Assembly: GCA_963666055.2 (NCBI GenBank)
Contig: CAXWPH010000002.1
Span: 288,001-352,000, forward strand
DNA from: Acidobacteriota bacterium
Lineage (GTDB): Bacteria; Acidobacteriota; UBA890; WLXD01
Direction: 5' to 3'
Length of the DNA: 64,000 nucleotides
Shown: in pieces, positions 51,545-61,494 of the stretch
Numbering within the stretch: position 1 is the first letter of the stretch
Layout of the letters: the number at the start of each line of letters is the position of its first letter
The notes under the pieces: model-generated
Seen by the model: the letters and a program-made list of their open reading frames with translations, nothing else
Database searches by the model: none
Told to the model about the DNA's origin: nothing
Made by a program: the position numbers and the translations under genes

Positions 51545-54427
51545 ATGCGCGCCAAGCTTGCCGTTTTGACTGTTGCTATGCTCCTGATACTCCCCGCGCA
51601 GGTGATGGCGCAGGGTGAGCGGACGCAGGGGGATATCGCCGGAGTAGTTCGTGACGTGGATGGTGCGGGGCTGCCCGGCGCCACCGCCACCATCGAGGGC
51701 GACAACCTCATCCAGGAATCTCTCTCGCAGGTAAGCGACGTCGCGGGCAACTTCCGGTTTCGTAATCTCAGGCCGGGAATGTACATCGTCACGGTCTCGC
51801 TCACCGGGTTCCAAACGATGGCCTACAACGTCCCGGTGAACGTCGGCACGGCGTCAACCGTGATTGCGGAACTGTCGCTGGCGGGGGTCGCAGAGACGGT
51901 CACAGTCGTCTCCGAGACGCCGTTGATCGACATAGAGTCAGCATCGCTTACGACGTCATACGGCGCGGATCTGCTGGAAAACGTTCCGGTGGCGCGTGAG
52001 TTCGCCAACATGACCGACTTCGCCGCTGGTTTCGCCGACAAGGGAGCCTATGGCGCCGGCGGCAACGACTCCGAGGGCACCAGCGTGCATCGGCAAGGTG
52101 CCGCAACCAACGGCTACCGGCTCAACGGCGTTGACATCAACGAGCTGGACTGGGGTCTCACCTTTGTCAACCCGAACGTGGAGACGATCGCCGAGATCCA
52201 GATTGTCGGTGTCGGCGCCAGCGCCGAGTACAGCCACTTCACTGGCGCGATGATCAATATTGTGACCAAGGGGGGCACCAACGAGATACATGGCTCGGGC
52301 TCTTTCTACTTCCAGAACGGCTCTCTGAGAACCGACAACTCGCGCGGCATCGTGGATCTCGAGCGCGGAAAGTTCTCCTACGACCGCGAGGTTGCCGCCT
52401 CTGTCGGTGGCCCGATTGCGCGCAACAAGCTGCTGTTCTTTGCCGGCGTCGCCCGTCAAGAAAAGCGCGATTCGATTGCCGCCGACTCGTTCTGGGAGAA
52501 CGGTGGAATCGCCGTCGATGATGCCCAGCAGGGTAACGCTAGGTGGGCACTGCACGGCAAGCTGGATTTCTTGCTCAACGACACCAACACGTTCGGGTTC
52601 ATGATCAACCATGATCCGGGCGGCGAGTCGAACCGCGACCTGCGACCAGGTTCGCCGCTCGACGTCGCCATGGATACCGAGTACAACAGCACGACCGCGT
52701 TGTTCACCTGGCAATCCCAACTGGGCGACAACACCTTCACCGATCTCCGCCTCGCATACAATACGGCGGACTTCTTGCGCATCCCGCTCGTGTGCTGCGA
52801 CATCCCGGATTACTGGTTCAACAATTCGCGGAGGCTCACCCGTGGCTTCGTGGAGGACGAGGACAACGCCTCGAAAAATGTCACGGCAACGGTGACCCAG
52901 TACGTCGACGACTTCCTGGGCGCGGCGCATGACGTCAAGGTCGGTATCGACTACAACGACCTTTGGTCCACCTGGATTGCTAAGATTACCGGTAGAGGGG
53001 CCATGTATGCCTATAGCTCCGGTAACGTATATGGGCGTATCTCCAACCGTGGCCTCGAGGCCCGAATGCTACGCCACTCGGCCTTTATCCAGGATAACGC
53101 TACCGCTAGCGACAACCTCACCCTCAACCTCGGGCTGCGCTTTGACCGGACGACCGGTTACGACATGAAGGGTGGGGTGGTTGGGGCTCAGGTAGACAGG
53201 TACGACAACTTGGCGCCACGCCTTGGTTTCACCTTGGATGTGAGCGGTGATGGCCGTGCCGTGTTCCATGGCAGCTGGGGACGCTACTTCGAGAAGATCT
53301 CCATCGGACACGTCTCGAGAGCCACCGGCGGCGCGTTCACGGACCCATACGAACCCAACCAGAGGTTCTTCTTCGCAATACCTGACGGGTTTTTCCCTGC
53401 CGACTACGACCCCCTCAACCCGACCGACGCGCAAGTGATAGCGCTGCAAGACGAACTCTTCCAACTCGAAAACCGGACTTCGTTCAACGCCGATATCTTT
53501 CCGATCACCCCCGGCACCCAGTCGACGCACACGGATGTCTTCAATTTGGGAGTCGAGTATGAATTAGTCAGGGACTGGGTCGTGGGTCTCGACTACATCC
53601 GCAAAGATGACAGCAACATGTTCATCTACAACGACATCATTGACCATGTGTATACGCCCTTCGAATACACCAGCCCGGTGGTGCCCGGATTCCTCGATAC
53701 GCCGACGACGCAGACGCTCTACTCGAAAGACAGCGGCTTTTTTTCGAACGTCTTCGATAACAGCGACTACTATGCGCGGTGGCACAACATCGTGACGCTG
53801 TCGCTGGACCGACGGCGAACGGGTTCCGGCCTCAACTTCAGCACCTCGCTCACCTACCAGAACAACGAGGGAAGGATAGACAATGGCGACGGCCAGACCA
53901 TCTGGGGTAGGGGCTTCGACGAAGAAGACAACCCGAACTTCAACGGCCACCCCTTCTCCGAGTCGGGTCCGTTGCGCTTCAGCAGAACGTGGAGCTGGAA
54001 GATACTGGGCAACTACAGGCTGCCCGGAGACATCCTCGTGGGTACGTACTGGAACTGGGCGTCGGGTCGGCCGTGGAACCTCAAGGTCAGGCACGGATCC
54101 AGGGGGATTCCCGAATTGCTCAACGCCGCCTACGGCAGCACAAACATCGAGGCGCGCGGTAGCAGGCGGTGGGATTCGCATAAGCAGCTCGATCTGCGGC
54201 TCTCGAAGTCCTTTAATTTTGGGAATGGCCGGCTCGAGTTGATGGTCGACGGGTTCAACATGCTCAACAACTTCTCCCCGACCAGCGTCAGAGATCGAAT
54301 CGACCGAACGTTCAGCCTTCAGCGCGACGCCGAAGGCAACAGACTCTCCAACGTCGGGCTGCCCCGGGACTCTTCAAGACTGCTGCCCGGACGGCAGCTT
54401 CGGTTCGGGGTACGACTTTCCTTCTGA
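51545..54427 (+). CDS. TonB-dependent receptor (Oar-like, carboxypeptidase-regulatory-like N-domain)
   Basis: Signal peptide, GAGLPGAT, INIVTKGGTNEIHGS, LTLNLGLRFD, APRLGF, terminal RLSF; GGAGG RBS. Confidence 0.95.
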   Translation: MRAKLAVLTVAMLLILPAQVMAQGERTQGDIAGVVRDVDGAGLPGATATIEGDNLIQESLSQVSDVAGNFRFRNLRPGMYIVTVSLTGFQTMAYNVPVNVGTASTVIAELSLAGVAETVTVVSETPLIDIESASLTTSYGADLLENVPVAREFANMTDFAAGFADKGAYGAGGNDSEGTSVHRQGAATNGYRLNGVDINELDWGLTFVNPNVETIAEIQIVGVGASAEYSHFTGAMINIVTKGGTNEIHGSGSFYFQNGSLRTDNSRGIVDLERGKFSYDREVAASVGGPIARNKLLFFAGVARQEKRDSIAADSFWENGGIAVDDAQQGNARWALHGKLDFLLNDTNTFGFMINHDPGGESNRDLRPGSPLDVAMDTEYNSTTALFTWQSQLGDNTFTDLRLAYNTADFLRIPLVCCDIPDYWFNNSRRLTRGFVEDEDNASKNVTATVTQYVDDFLGAAHDVKVGIDYNDLWSTWIAKITGRGAMYAYSSGNVYGRISNRGLEARMLRHSAFIQDNATASDNLTLNLGLRFDRTTGYDMKGGVVGAQVDRYDNLAPRLGFTLDVSGDGRAVFHGSWGRYFEKISIGHVSRATGGAFTDPYEPNQRFFFAIPDGFFPADYDPLNPTDAQVIALQDELFQLENRTSFNADIFPITPGTQSTHTDVFNLGVEYELVRDWVVGLDYIRKDDSNMFIYNDIIDHVYTPFEYTSPVVPGFLDTPTTQTLYSKDSGFFSNVFDNSDYYARWHNIVTLSLDRRRTGSGLNFSTSLTYQNNEGRIDNGDGQTIWGRGFDEEDNPNFNGHPFSESGPLRFSRTWSWKILGNYRLPGDILVGTYWNWASGRPWNLKVRHGSRGIPELLNAAYGSTNIEARGSRRWDSHKQLDLRLSKSFNFGNGRLELMVDGFNMLNNFSPTSVRDRIDRTFSLQRDAEGNRLSNVGLPRDSSRLLPGRQLRFGVRLSF

Positions 54428-54713
54428 TTGGCTGACACGCAACGACAGAGTGGAGTGCGGTGATCCAGGGCCGGGAGCCGGCCCTGCGGATCGACGATGA
54501 CCTCGAGGGCCATCGCTGACTGAGCCGCACCCTGCTGGTGCTGTCGTTCGATCTGCTGGCGCAGCTCGTCAGTGCTGTCTCTCGATCCGCTGGCGCAGAC
54601 GCAGCTCGTCAACGAGCGTCCTCCTAGCATGACAGTCCTTCCACTGCGGACTCGCTGCCGGCCTTCGCCATGTGGACGGCTTTCCCTTACCGGTTATCTC
54701 ACGACAAATATCT

Positions 54714-55511
54714 TCAATCCACGATGGCCGCGTCGACGTCGACGCCGATGGGGCAGTGGTCAGAACCACTGACGTGGGGCCAGATGAACGCCTTTCTGAG
54801 ATAGCGCGTCGCTGCCCGGGAAGCGAGAACGTAGTCGATCCGCCAGCCGACGTTGCGTTCTCGTGCGTTGAATCTCTGCGCCCACCAGGTGTAGTGGTCG
54901 GGGCTCGCCTCAAGGTGGCGAAAGGTGTCCACCCAGCCGGCTCGGAGCCAACGGTCCAGCTCTTCGCGCTCCTGCGGCAGAAAGCCGCTGTTGCGAGTGT
55001 TGGCCTTGGGATTCGCGAGATCGATCTCCCGATGGGCGGTATTGAAGTCGCCCATCACGAGGACGCGATACCCAGCCCGGCGAAGGCCGTCGATGTGCTC
55101 GAAGAGGGCGCGGTAGAAGGCGAGCTTGTAGGGCACCCGGCTGTTGTCGCGCAGCCTGCCGCTACCCTTGGGAAAGTAGCAGTTGACCACCACGAGACGA
55201 CCGAATAGAGCGATCTGCAGGCGACCCTCGCGATCGAAGCGAGATTCCCCGAGCGAAGTTCGAACCCAGGTCGGCGCTCGTCGACTGAAGAGACCGACGC
55301 CGCTGTAGCCCTTCTTCTCGGCGGCCGAGAAGGCCGTGTGCCAGCGTACAGGCCGCCGCAACCGGGGTTCCAGATCTTCGGACGACGCCCGCACTTCTTG
55401 CAGGCCGACGATCTGGGCGCGACTCTTGGCCAACCATTCGAGAAATCCCTTACGGGCACAGGCGCGCAGCCCGTTGACGTTCCAGGACACGACGCGAATC
55501 GTCTTCGCCAT
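54714..55511 (-). CDS. xth: Exodeoxyribonuclease III / AP endonuclease
   Basis: SWNVNGLRA, LQE, KGYSGV, MGDFNTAH, YTWW, GWRIDY, SDHCP motifs. Confidence 0.96.
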   Translation of the reverse strand: MAKTIRVVSWNVNGLRACARKGFLEWLAKSRAQIVGLQEVRASSEDLEPRLRRPVRWHTAFSAAEKKGYSGVGLFSRRAPTWVRTSLGESRFDREGRLQIALFGRLVVVNCYFPKGSGRLRDNSRVPYKLAFYRALFEHIDGLRRAGYRVLVMGDFNTAHREIDLANPKANTRNSGFLPQEREELDRWLRAGWVDTFRHLEASPDHYTWWAQRFNARERNVGWRIDYVLASRAATRYLRKAFIWPHVSGSDHCPIGVDVDAAIVD

Positions 55512-55614
55512 GGTCGTCAGTCTGTGCGCAGGGTCGCCATTGGGTCTCCGCATCCATGGCGCTATATCGCGCCGCATCCTTGAGCCTTGCGATGTCGTCA
55601 ATCGACAGCCCCCA

Positions 55615-55683
55615 ATCACCGGGGCGAAGCAGACGTCGGAGCCCTCCATGATCTCGCACCACTCGTCACGTGTCTTCTTCTTG
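55615..55683 (-). pseudogene. CaiB/BaiF (alpha-methylacyl-CoA racemase-like) remnant
   Basis: KTRDEWCEIMEGSDVCFAPV, isolated and bounded by a C11 run. Confidence 0.65.
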
Positions 55684-55955
55684 ATCACCCCCCCCCCCAG
55701 ACGGGCCTTTTTCTGTGGCCAGGTCTCACGGGCCATGCAAGAACACTCGACACAGTTTGGCGGCTCTGCTGCGCCAGTCGGTTCTACAGTCGGCTCGCTG
55801 GTTACGAGGACACCAATGACGCGACAGCCGCCCAGAGATTGTCGAAACACACCCAGACAGCAAACCCGAGACGAAGTGACATCGACGTCGCGGCGACGCT
55901 GACACCAAAGTCGACGGGGCCGGCCTCACCATGCATCCAAGACAGAAATACAAGC

Positions 55956-56021
55956 ACCCATACCGCCCGCACCGAGCGGGGAGAGGATCTCGTAATGGCC
56001 TAGTCGGGTACCGGGTTCCAT
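55956..56021 (-). pseudogene. Ser/Thr kinase N-terminal remnant
   Basis: MEPGTRLGHYEILSPLGAGGMG, then the reading degenerates. Confidence 0.8.
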
Positions 56022-56325
56022 TGGCGCTACCAGAGGGAGGTGACCGACGTGCCAACAGTCGGATTCTGAGCAGATGAGCCGCAAACGGAGCCGATTCGGC
56101 CGACTAGAGCTGCTGGCAGCCAATCAGCACGGCCCTCTGGAACCGACTGGTACTAAAGGGAGTTTTCGGCTCGGGGTAAATTCGGGGTCTGCCGCTGTAT
56201 GACGCAAGAAACGCCGTCCGAAGCCTCCGAACCGACCGGGGTCGAAAACGGCTCGGTGTACTTCGAGTCGCTGAAGCGGCTCACGCCGCCGGACCCGTAG
56301 CTCCGTCAGCCGAGAGTTGGACCTA

Positions 56326-56500
56326 GCCGTCTCCAAAACGTCTCCACGACTGGGGTTCACTCCAGTAGACGCCAGTGGACTGGAGTCGACTACCTGAGCC
56401 GCTGTAAGTGGATTGCTGTCAACGAGAAACGGCGAAAGCCGCGCGCCATCAACAAGTTACAGGGATTCGTTACAGCGGGTTCAATTCCCGCCGCCTCCAC
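56326..56500 (+). repeat. att-like module A ending in a tmRNA-like 3' end
   Basis: Direct repeat of 58673-58847; ends GCGGGTTCAATTCCCGCCGCCTCCAC (56475-56500), resembling the ssrA T-arm and acceptor strand. Confidence 0.85.
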
Positions 56501-56577
56501 TTCGGAGCTGGACTTCGCCCGCGTAGGCTACGGAGCTTCCCATGCGTTGCTGCAGTCGGCTTCCCTGGATCTTCTGG

Positions 56578-58476
56578 CTACTGCTCTATGGCCGGCGACG
56601 ACGCAACCGGTAGCTCGCCGTGCACTAGCACGCCTTCCATCATCACCGCCGTGGGCTGCACCTCGGGGATGTCCGCGGGATCGAGCATGAAGAGGTCCTC
56701 GTCGAGCACCACGAGGTCGGCGAGCTTGCCGACCTCGAGGGAGCCAATGCGGTCCTCCATGCGAAACGGATAGGCGCCATCGACGGTGAAACCGCGCACG
56801 ATCGTGCGCAGATCGATACGCTCGGTCGCCGGCGGTCGAGCTGGCGGTGGCGGGCTCGCGTCCTCGCCCCGGGGCGCCTCCCGCGTATGGGCGCCGTGCA
56901 TGGTCAGATAGGGGCTGATGACCGATAGCCGCCAGTCGTCGCTCGAGAAGGTCACGCGGCCGCCGGCGTCGAATAGCGACTTGGCCATGTAGGTACGCGT
57001 CACTCGCTCCGGGCCCAGCGCCCGCGCCCCTGAGCTGCCGGGGTTGGCGCCGCCGAACCACCAGGCGGTGAAGTTGGCGGAGACGTCGAGTGCCGCGAAG
57101 CGCGTCATGTCGGCGCGATCGATGATCTGCAGGTGCGACAGCGTGACACGCGGGTACAGCTCGCCCGAGACCGCCGCCCTCGCCGCCTCCACAGCGTCGA
57201 GCGCGATGCGAACGGCGCGGTCGCCGATGGTGTGCACGTGCAGGTCGAGCTGCGCCTCGTGCAACTCGAGCAGGAAGTCGCGTAGCTCGGCCATCGACAA
57301 CATGGTGTCGCCGGCGAAGCTCGGATCATCAGCGTAGGGCTCGAGCATGGCCCCGGAGCGGTTCGCGTTGATGCCGTCCATGAACAGCTTCACCGTGCGG
57401 AACCGCAGCCGCTCGCCGCCGTACTGCCGCCGTAGCCGCCGCATCTCCTGCACCGCCTGAGTGCGGCGCTCGGGAACGAACACCTGGTAGGTGCCCTCAT
57501 AGCGCAGCGGCAGCTTGCCGGCGCGTTCGAGACGGGCCAGCAGGCCGTAGACGTGGTCCTCGTAGCCGAAGTTGCCGCCGTCGTAGACCGTCGTAACGCC
57601 GTTCTCCAGCAGCGTCTGCAGAAACGCCACCACGGAGGCCTCGTGCACGTCGGTATCGACGTCGAACTGCGAAGCCAGGTGCTGCCAGCCCGCCCCCTCC
57701 TTGACCCAACCGGTGGGGTCACCGTTGGCGTCGCGAACGTACGTGGCGACCCCGGGTCGCGGGTCGGGCGTGCTGGCGTCGATTCCGAGCACCTCCAGCG
57801 CCTTCGAGTTGAGCCAGTAGCTGTGCCAGGAGCCGCTGGCGATCCACACCGGCCGGTCGGCAACGATGCGGTCGAGGTCGCGTCGGTGCGGCCCCCTGGA
57901 CCCGTCGACGAACAGCCGGTTGGGCCAGCCATACAGTCGGATCCACCCCTCCCCTGGGTGGCTCTCGACGTGCTCGCGTACCGCCTCGAGGAACTCCTCG
58001 CGGCTCGAGCCGGTGAGGAACGCGTCGTAACCCTCGAGGTCGATGTAACCCGGATGCGTGTGGCCGTCGATCAGGCCCGGGATTACCAGACGGCCCGCCA
58101 GATCGACTGTGCGCGTCGCGTCCGACACGAAGGCCGCGGCGCCGGCGTCGTCCCCAACGTAGGTGAGCTCGCCGTCCTCGATCGCGACCGCAGTAGCCGA
58201 CGGGTTGCCGTCGTCCATCGTCACGATGTCGCCGCCGGTGAGCACCCATTCGGCGCCGGCGGCGGATCCACCGCTCCCGTCGTCGCCGGCGTCGCAGCTC
58301 ACCGTCAGCGCGATCGTTCCCACCAGAGCCAACAAGAGGCTACCCGAGAGGATCGCGCCGCGCGCTCGCGTCCATACGGTCGTCGGTCTCAGTAGGCGGA
58401 CTGCTGCGAGATGCCGTTCGCCGGGCTCTTCGCCACGACGCTCGAGGTTGGTGGCTTCATCGCTCTTCCTGCTCAT
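56578..58476 (-). CDS. YtcJ-like secreted amidohydrolase (amidohydrolase_3)
   Basis: PGLIDGHTH, VKLFMDG, HTIGDRA, SSDD, GSLEVGKLADLVVL motifs; start uncertain. Confidence 0.92.
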   Translation of the reverse strand: MSRKSDEATNLERRGEEPGERHLAAVRLLRPTTVWTRARGAILSGSLLLALVGTIALTVSCDAGDDGSGGSAAGAEWVLTGGDIVTMDDGNPSATAVAIEDGELTYVGDDAGAAAFVSDATRTVDLAGRLVIPGLIDGHTHPGYIDLEGYDAFLTGSSREEFLEAVREHVESHPGEGWIRLYGWPNRLFVDGSRGPHRRDLDRIVADRPVWIASGSWHSYWLNSKALEVLGIDASTPDPRPGVATYVRDANGDPTGWVKEGAGWQHLASQFDVDTDVHEASVVAFLQTLLENGVTTVYDGGNFGYEDHVYGLLARLERAGKLPLRYEGTYQVFVPERRTQAVQEMRRLRRQYGGERLRFRTVKLFMDGINANRSGAMLEPYADDPSFAGDTMLSMAELRDFLLELHEAQLDLHVHTIGDRAVRIALDAVEAARAAVSGELYPRVTLSHLQIIDRADMTRFAALDVSANFTAWWFGGANPGSSGARALGPERVTRTYMAKSLFDAGGRVTFSSDDWRLSVISPYLTMHGAHTREAPRGEDASPPPPARPPATERIDLRTIVRGFTVDGAYPFRMEDRIGSLEVGKLADLVVLDEDLFMLDPADIPEVQPTAVMMEGVLVHGELPVASSPAIEQ

Positions 58477-58672
58477 CGGACCCGGCTCCGCTAGCTGCGC
58501 CTCGTCGCCCGCGCCATGCAGCTGCGATCCTATCGTGCCGCAAGGGGGACCCGTTCGGCCCTGCAGAGCCCCCGACTCTCCCACGGCGGCTGGCACTATC
58601 GCTACCCCGCCGATCACTTCGACCAGCAAGATTGCAGACCATGCCCGGGCCACGGTTGTCCTGGCGACGTCC

Positions 58673-58847
58673 GCCGTCTCCAAAACGTCTCCACGACCGG
58701 GGTTCACTCCAGTAGACGCCAGTCCACTGGAGTCGACTACTTGAGCCGCCGTTAACGGTTACCTGCCAACGAGAAACGGCGAAAGCCGTGCGCCATCAAC
58801 CACTTAGCAGAATCCGCTAGATCGGGTTCGAGTCCCTCCCTCGGTAC
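58673..58847 (+). repeat. att-like module B ending in a tRNA (Leu-like) 3' end
   Basis: Direct repeat of 56326-56500; ends GGGTTCGAGTCCCTCCCTCGGTAC (58824-58847). Confidence 0.82.
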
Positions 58848-58966
58848 TATTGTTTTCAACAGCTTACGAAGATTCGTTGTCAACGATCGCCTGGCAGTTG
58901 AACCGGCGCGCTGCCAGCAGGTAGGTTTGCGGTGATGTGTGAGGTGCCCTTGGGCGCAGGAGATCT

Positions 58967-61243
58967 TTGGTGAAAGATCGTGAGCACGCAAATCGGTTCT
59001 TCGGCTTCGTCCTGGCGTTGACCATCACCGGGCTACCGGTTGCGAGTGCCGGCGCGGTGGCCGGCGCGAGCTGGAGTGCGGCGTCTTTCGTAATGCTGGC
59101 TCAGGAGGCGCTGCCGGCGCAGATGCCGACGTTTCGGTCCGCGGTTACGCGCGTGCGTGTCGACGCCATCGTTGCCGACAAGGACGGCAACTTCATCGAC
59201 GACTTGAAGGCGGACGACTTCCGGGTCTTCGAGGATGGGGTCGAGCAGGAGATCTTGAACGTCCAGTTCGTCAGCCTGACAAGAGGACAGGTCACCAACG
59301 TGGCCTCTCACGACGAAACGGTCACGGCGCGCGAGGAATCGCTCGCTGTGCCGGCGGAGCCCACACCCATCCGGCGAAGCCCTGCAAGTCTCGGGGCTGT
59401 TGTCTATCTCGTCGACCTGCCGAGCCTGGATCGAAGGAACAAGCAACGGCTAACCAGGACTCTCGAGAGTTTGTTCGAAGGGGAGGGTGACCTGCAGGTG
59501 CCGCGCAGCATGTTCATGATCGATAGCACGGGCACTGTTCGGGAGATGGCCCCGTTGACGACCGATCGTGAAGTGCTTCGCGATGCGGCGGCGTCGGTGA
59601 CGGCGGAAGGGCTGACGAGCACGTCTATTTTCGCCCGCATGGAGCAGGAGTATCAGCCGATCATGCAGGTGGCGATCGACGCGGCGAATTCGCCGTCAGC
59701 GGGGGGGAACCCCGACGATTTGAACCCGATCATGGTGCGCCAGATTCTCGAGAACCTCGATCGAAAGGCCGAGGTAGATGGCGAGCTCCAGCGTCTGCGC
59801 GGCGAGCAGACGCTTCGGACACTTCTTTACTTCACCAACGCCTTGTCGGCAATGGAGGGCCGTACTGCCCTCGTGTGGATCTCCTCCGGTGCGATGATCA
59901 CCAAGGGGGGACCCTACTCGGCTTTCTCAGCAGCGGTGCGTGAGGCGGTCGACGCTCCGATGGGAACTTCGACTCTGGACGGGTTGGAACTCAGCCAGCC
60001 CATCCTCGACTTGATGGAGGAGGTGTTCGAAACCGCGAACACGGGCAACGTGAGCATTTACACGGTCGATCCGCGCCCGACCTCGGAGCTCAACAGCCTC
60101 GGCAAGAGTGCCACCGTCGGCAGCGGCGTGCTTTCCAGAGCCATGCGACGCTATGTGCGGCAAGCCTATCGCGATCTCACCATACCGCTCGTGGACCTGG
60201 CGGCCAAAACTGGCGGCCGGGCGTTCATCGGCTGGAGCGATCTCGACCGAGCGTTCGAAGAGCAGTACAACGACTCGACGCGATTCTACTTGATCTTCTA
60301 TGAGCCACCGGCGCCACACGAGGATGGCGAGTACCACGAGATCGAGGTGCAGGTGAGCTACCCGGAGGCGGAGGTGCGAGCCCGCGCAGGCTATCGAGAG
60401 CTGCCGGATTCGGAGCTCAGGGCTCGCAAGTTCGCCGCAGCCTTGGCGCTACCGGGCTCAGTTATGGGACGCCCGGTGCCCGCCGCCGCGTTCCACCGCT
60501 TTGAGCCCGACGGCGCGCCCAAGATCCTACTGGTTGCCGGGTTACCGCGGCCCGCAGAGACGATCACCGGTAGCTGGGCGCCCGCGTTCGGGGGAGTCGA
60601 TCCCGCCGAGGATATCCCCGAGGAGCTGATCGACGTGCTCGGCATCCCGTACTTCCTCGTGCATGCCATCGTGTTGGATCGTGCGGGCGAGATCAGCGGC
60701 GAGACTCACTCGTTGGTTCGGCCACGCGCCGATCTGGCCGAGTACGCACCCGGTGCTGCGTTCCGACACTTCCGGTACACGACGGAGTGGTCAGTCGAGC
60801 CGGGAACCTACGATATCCGGCTGCTGATCGCTGAAGGCGGCGGTGACCGATTCGGCACGTCGAGGCTACAGGTGCAGGTTCCGTCAAGCGACGGGTGGAC
60901 GATGGCGGATCCGATGCTCGGCATTCTGGACGCCGATGCCGCGTTCAGACCGCTGCTAGACCAGGGCGTATCCGAGGGCTTCCAGATCTTCGCGAGCGTT
61001 CAGGTTAGCGGCGCGACGGACCCCTACGTTTCTGCCTTGATCTTCCAAGAGGCCACACGAAACTCCATCGCCTGGGTACCGCCCCAACCATTGCGGTCCG
61101 AGGGTCCGGGCGTATACGGCGGGCTTCTGCGGCTGCCGTATCTCGCCCCCGGCGAGTACCTGGTCGAGCTGCAAGTAGTGGATACGACCCCCGATGGCCA
61201 GGCGGTCCGGCTGATGCCGCTGCGCGTGGTGGAAGGCCACTAG
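58967..61243 (+). CDS. VWFA-related acidobacterial domain protein
   Basis: PTFRSAVTRVRVDAIVADKDG..DLKADDFRVFEDGVEQEI, NVSIYTVDPR, LAAKTGG, DGEYHEIEV, VRARAGY. Confidence 0.9.
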   Translation: MVKDREHANRFFGFVLALTITGLPVASAGAVAGASWSAASFVMLAQEALPAQMPTFRSAVTRVRVDAIVADKDGNFIDDLKADDFRVFEDGVEQEILNVQFVSLTRGQVTNVASHDETVTAREESLAVPAEPTPIRRSPASLGAVVYLVDLPSLDRRNKQRLTRTLESLFEGEGDLQVPRSMFMIDSTGTVREMAPLTTDREVLRDAAASVTAEGLTSTSIFARMEQEYQPIMQVAIDAANSPSAGGNPDDLNPIMVRQILENLDRKAEVDGELQRLRGEQTLRTLLYFTNALSAMEGRTALVWISSGAMITKGGPYSAFSAAVREAVDAPMGTSTLDGLELSQPILDLMEEVFETANTGNVSIYTVDPRPTSELNSLGKSATVGSGVLSRAMRRYVRQAYRDLTIPLVDLAAKTGGRAFIGWSDLDRAFEEQYNDSTRFYLIFYEPPAPHEDGEYHEIEVQVSYPEAEVRARAGYRELPDSELRARKFAAALALPGSVMGRPVPAAAFHRFEPDGAPKILLVAGLPRPAETITGSWAPAFGGVDPAEDIPEELIDVLGIPYFLVHAIVLDRAGEISGETHSLVRPRADLAEYAPGAAFRHFRYTTEWSVEPGTYDIRLLIAEGGGDRFGTSRLQVQVPSSDGWTMADPMLGILDADAAFRPLLDQGVSEGFQIFASVQVSGATDPYVSALIFQEATRNSIAWVPPQPLRSEGPGVYGGLLRLPYLAPGEYLVELQVVDTTPDGQAVRLMPLRVVEGH

Positions 61244-61494
61244 CCGGGAGAACCGCCGCGTGGGTTCGTTGGCAGTGCCTTCAACGCGTACCGCTCGCTT
61301 GGTATCGCTGGATGCCCTGCGCGGCTTCGATATGTTCTGGATCCATCGGCGGCGTCAACGAACAAGAGATTGTTGTCGCTACGGCATCCGCGCCATACAA
61401 AAGCTTCGCGTACACCTCTAGGCGCTGGTGATTGAACGCCGTTCTTTCGGCGTGGACCCTCGAGGGGCTTCTACGGCCATCCTGGGGACACTCT

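Noticed and set aside
54430-54700. Short imperfect duplication (CGATCYGCTGGCGCAG..CTCGTCA) as a functional repeat
   Set aside because: Two degenerate copies in apparent pseudogene debris, with no interpretable structure.
56124-56360. ORF starts MNPSRGDVLETA / MNPGRGDVLETA (also 58707) as a shared protein leader
   Set aside because: They are translations of the reverse strand of the non-coding att-like repeat.
56150-56503. Complete tmRNA (ssrA) gene
   Set aside because: Only about 26 nt of the 3' end match. The upstream sequence is the repeated arm and a kinase remnant, with no recognisable 5' end or tag reading frame.
56326-58847. CRISPR array or classical integron attC array
   Set aside because: Only two long repeats 2.3 kb apart; no cas or intI genes and no RYYYAAC...GTTRRRY attC palindrome recognised.
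61281-61490. Four-helix-bundle protein remnant (FNHQRLEVY)
   Set aside because: The resemblance is limited to about nine residues, which is insufficient to call.
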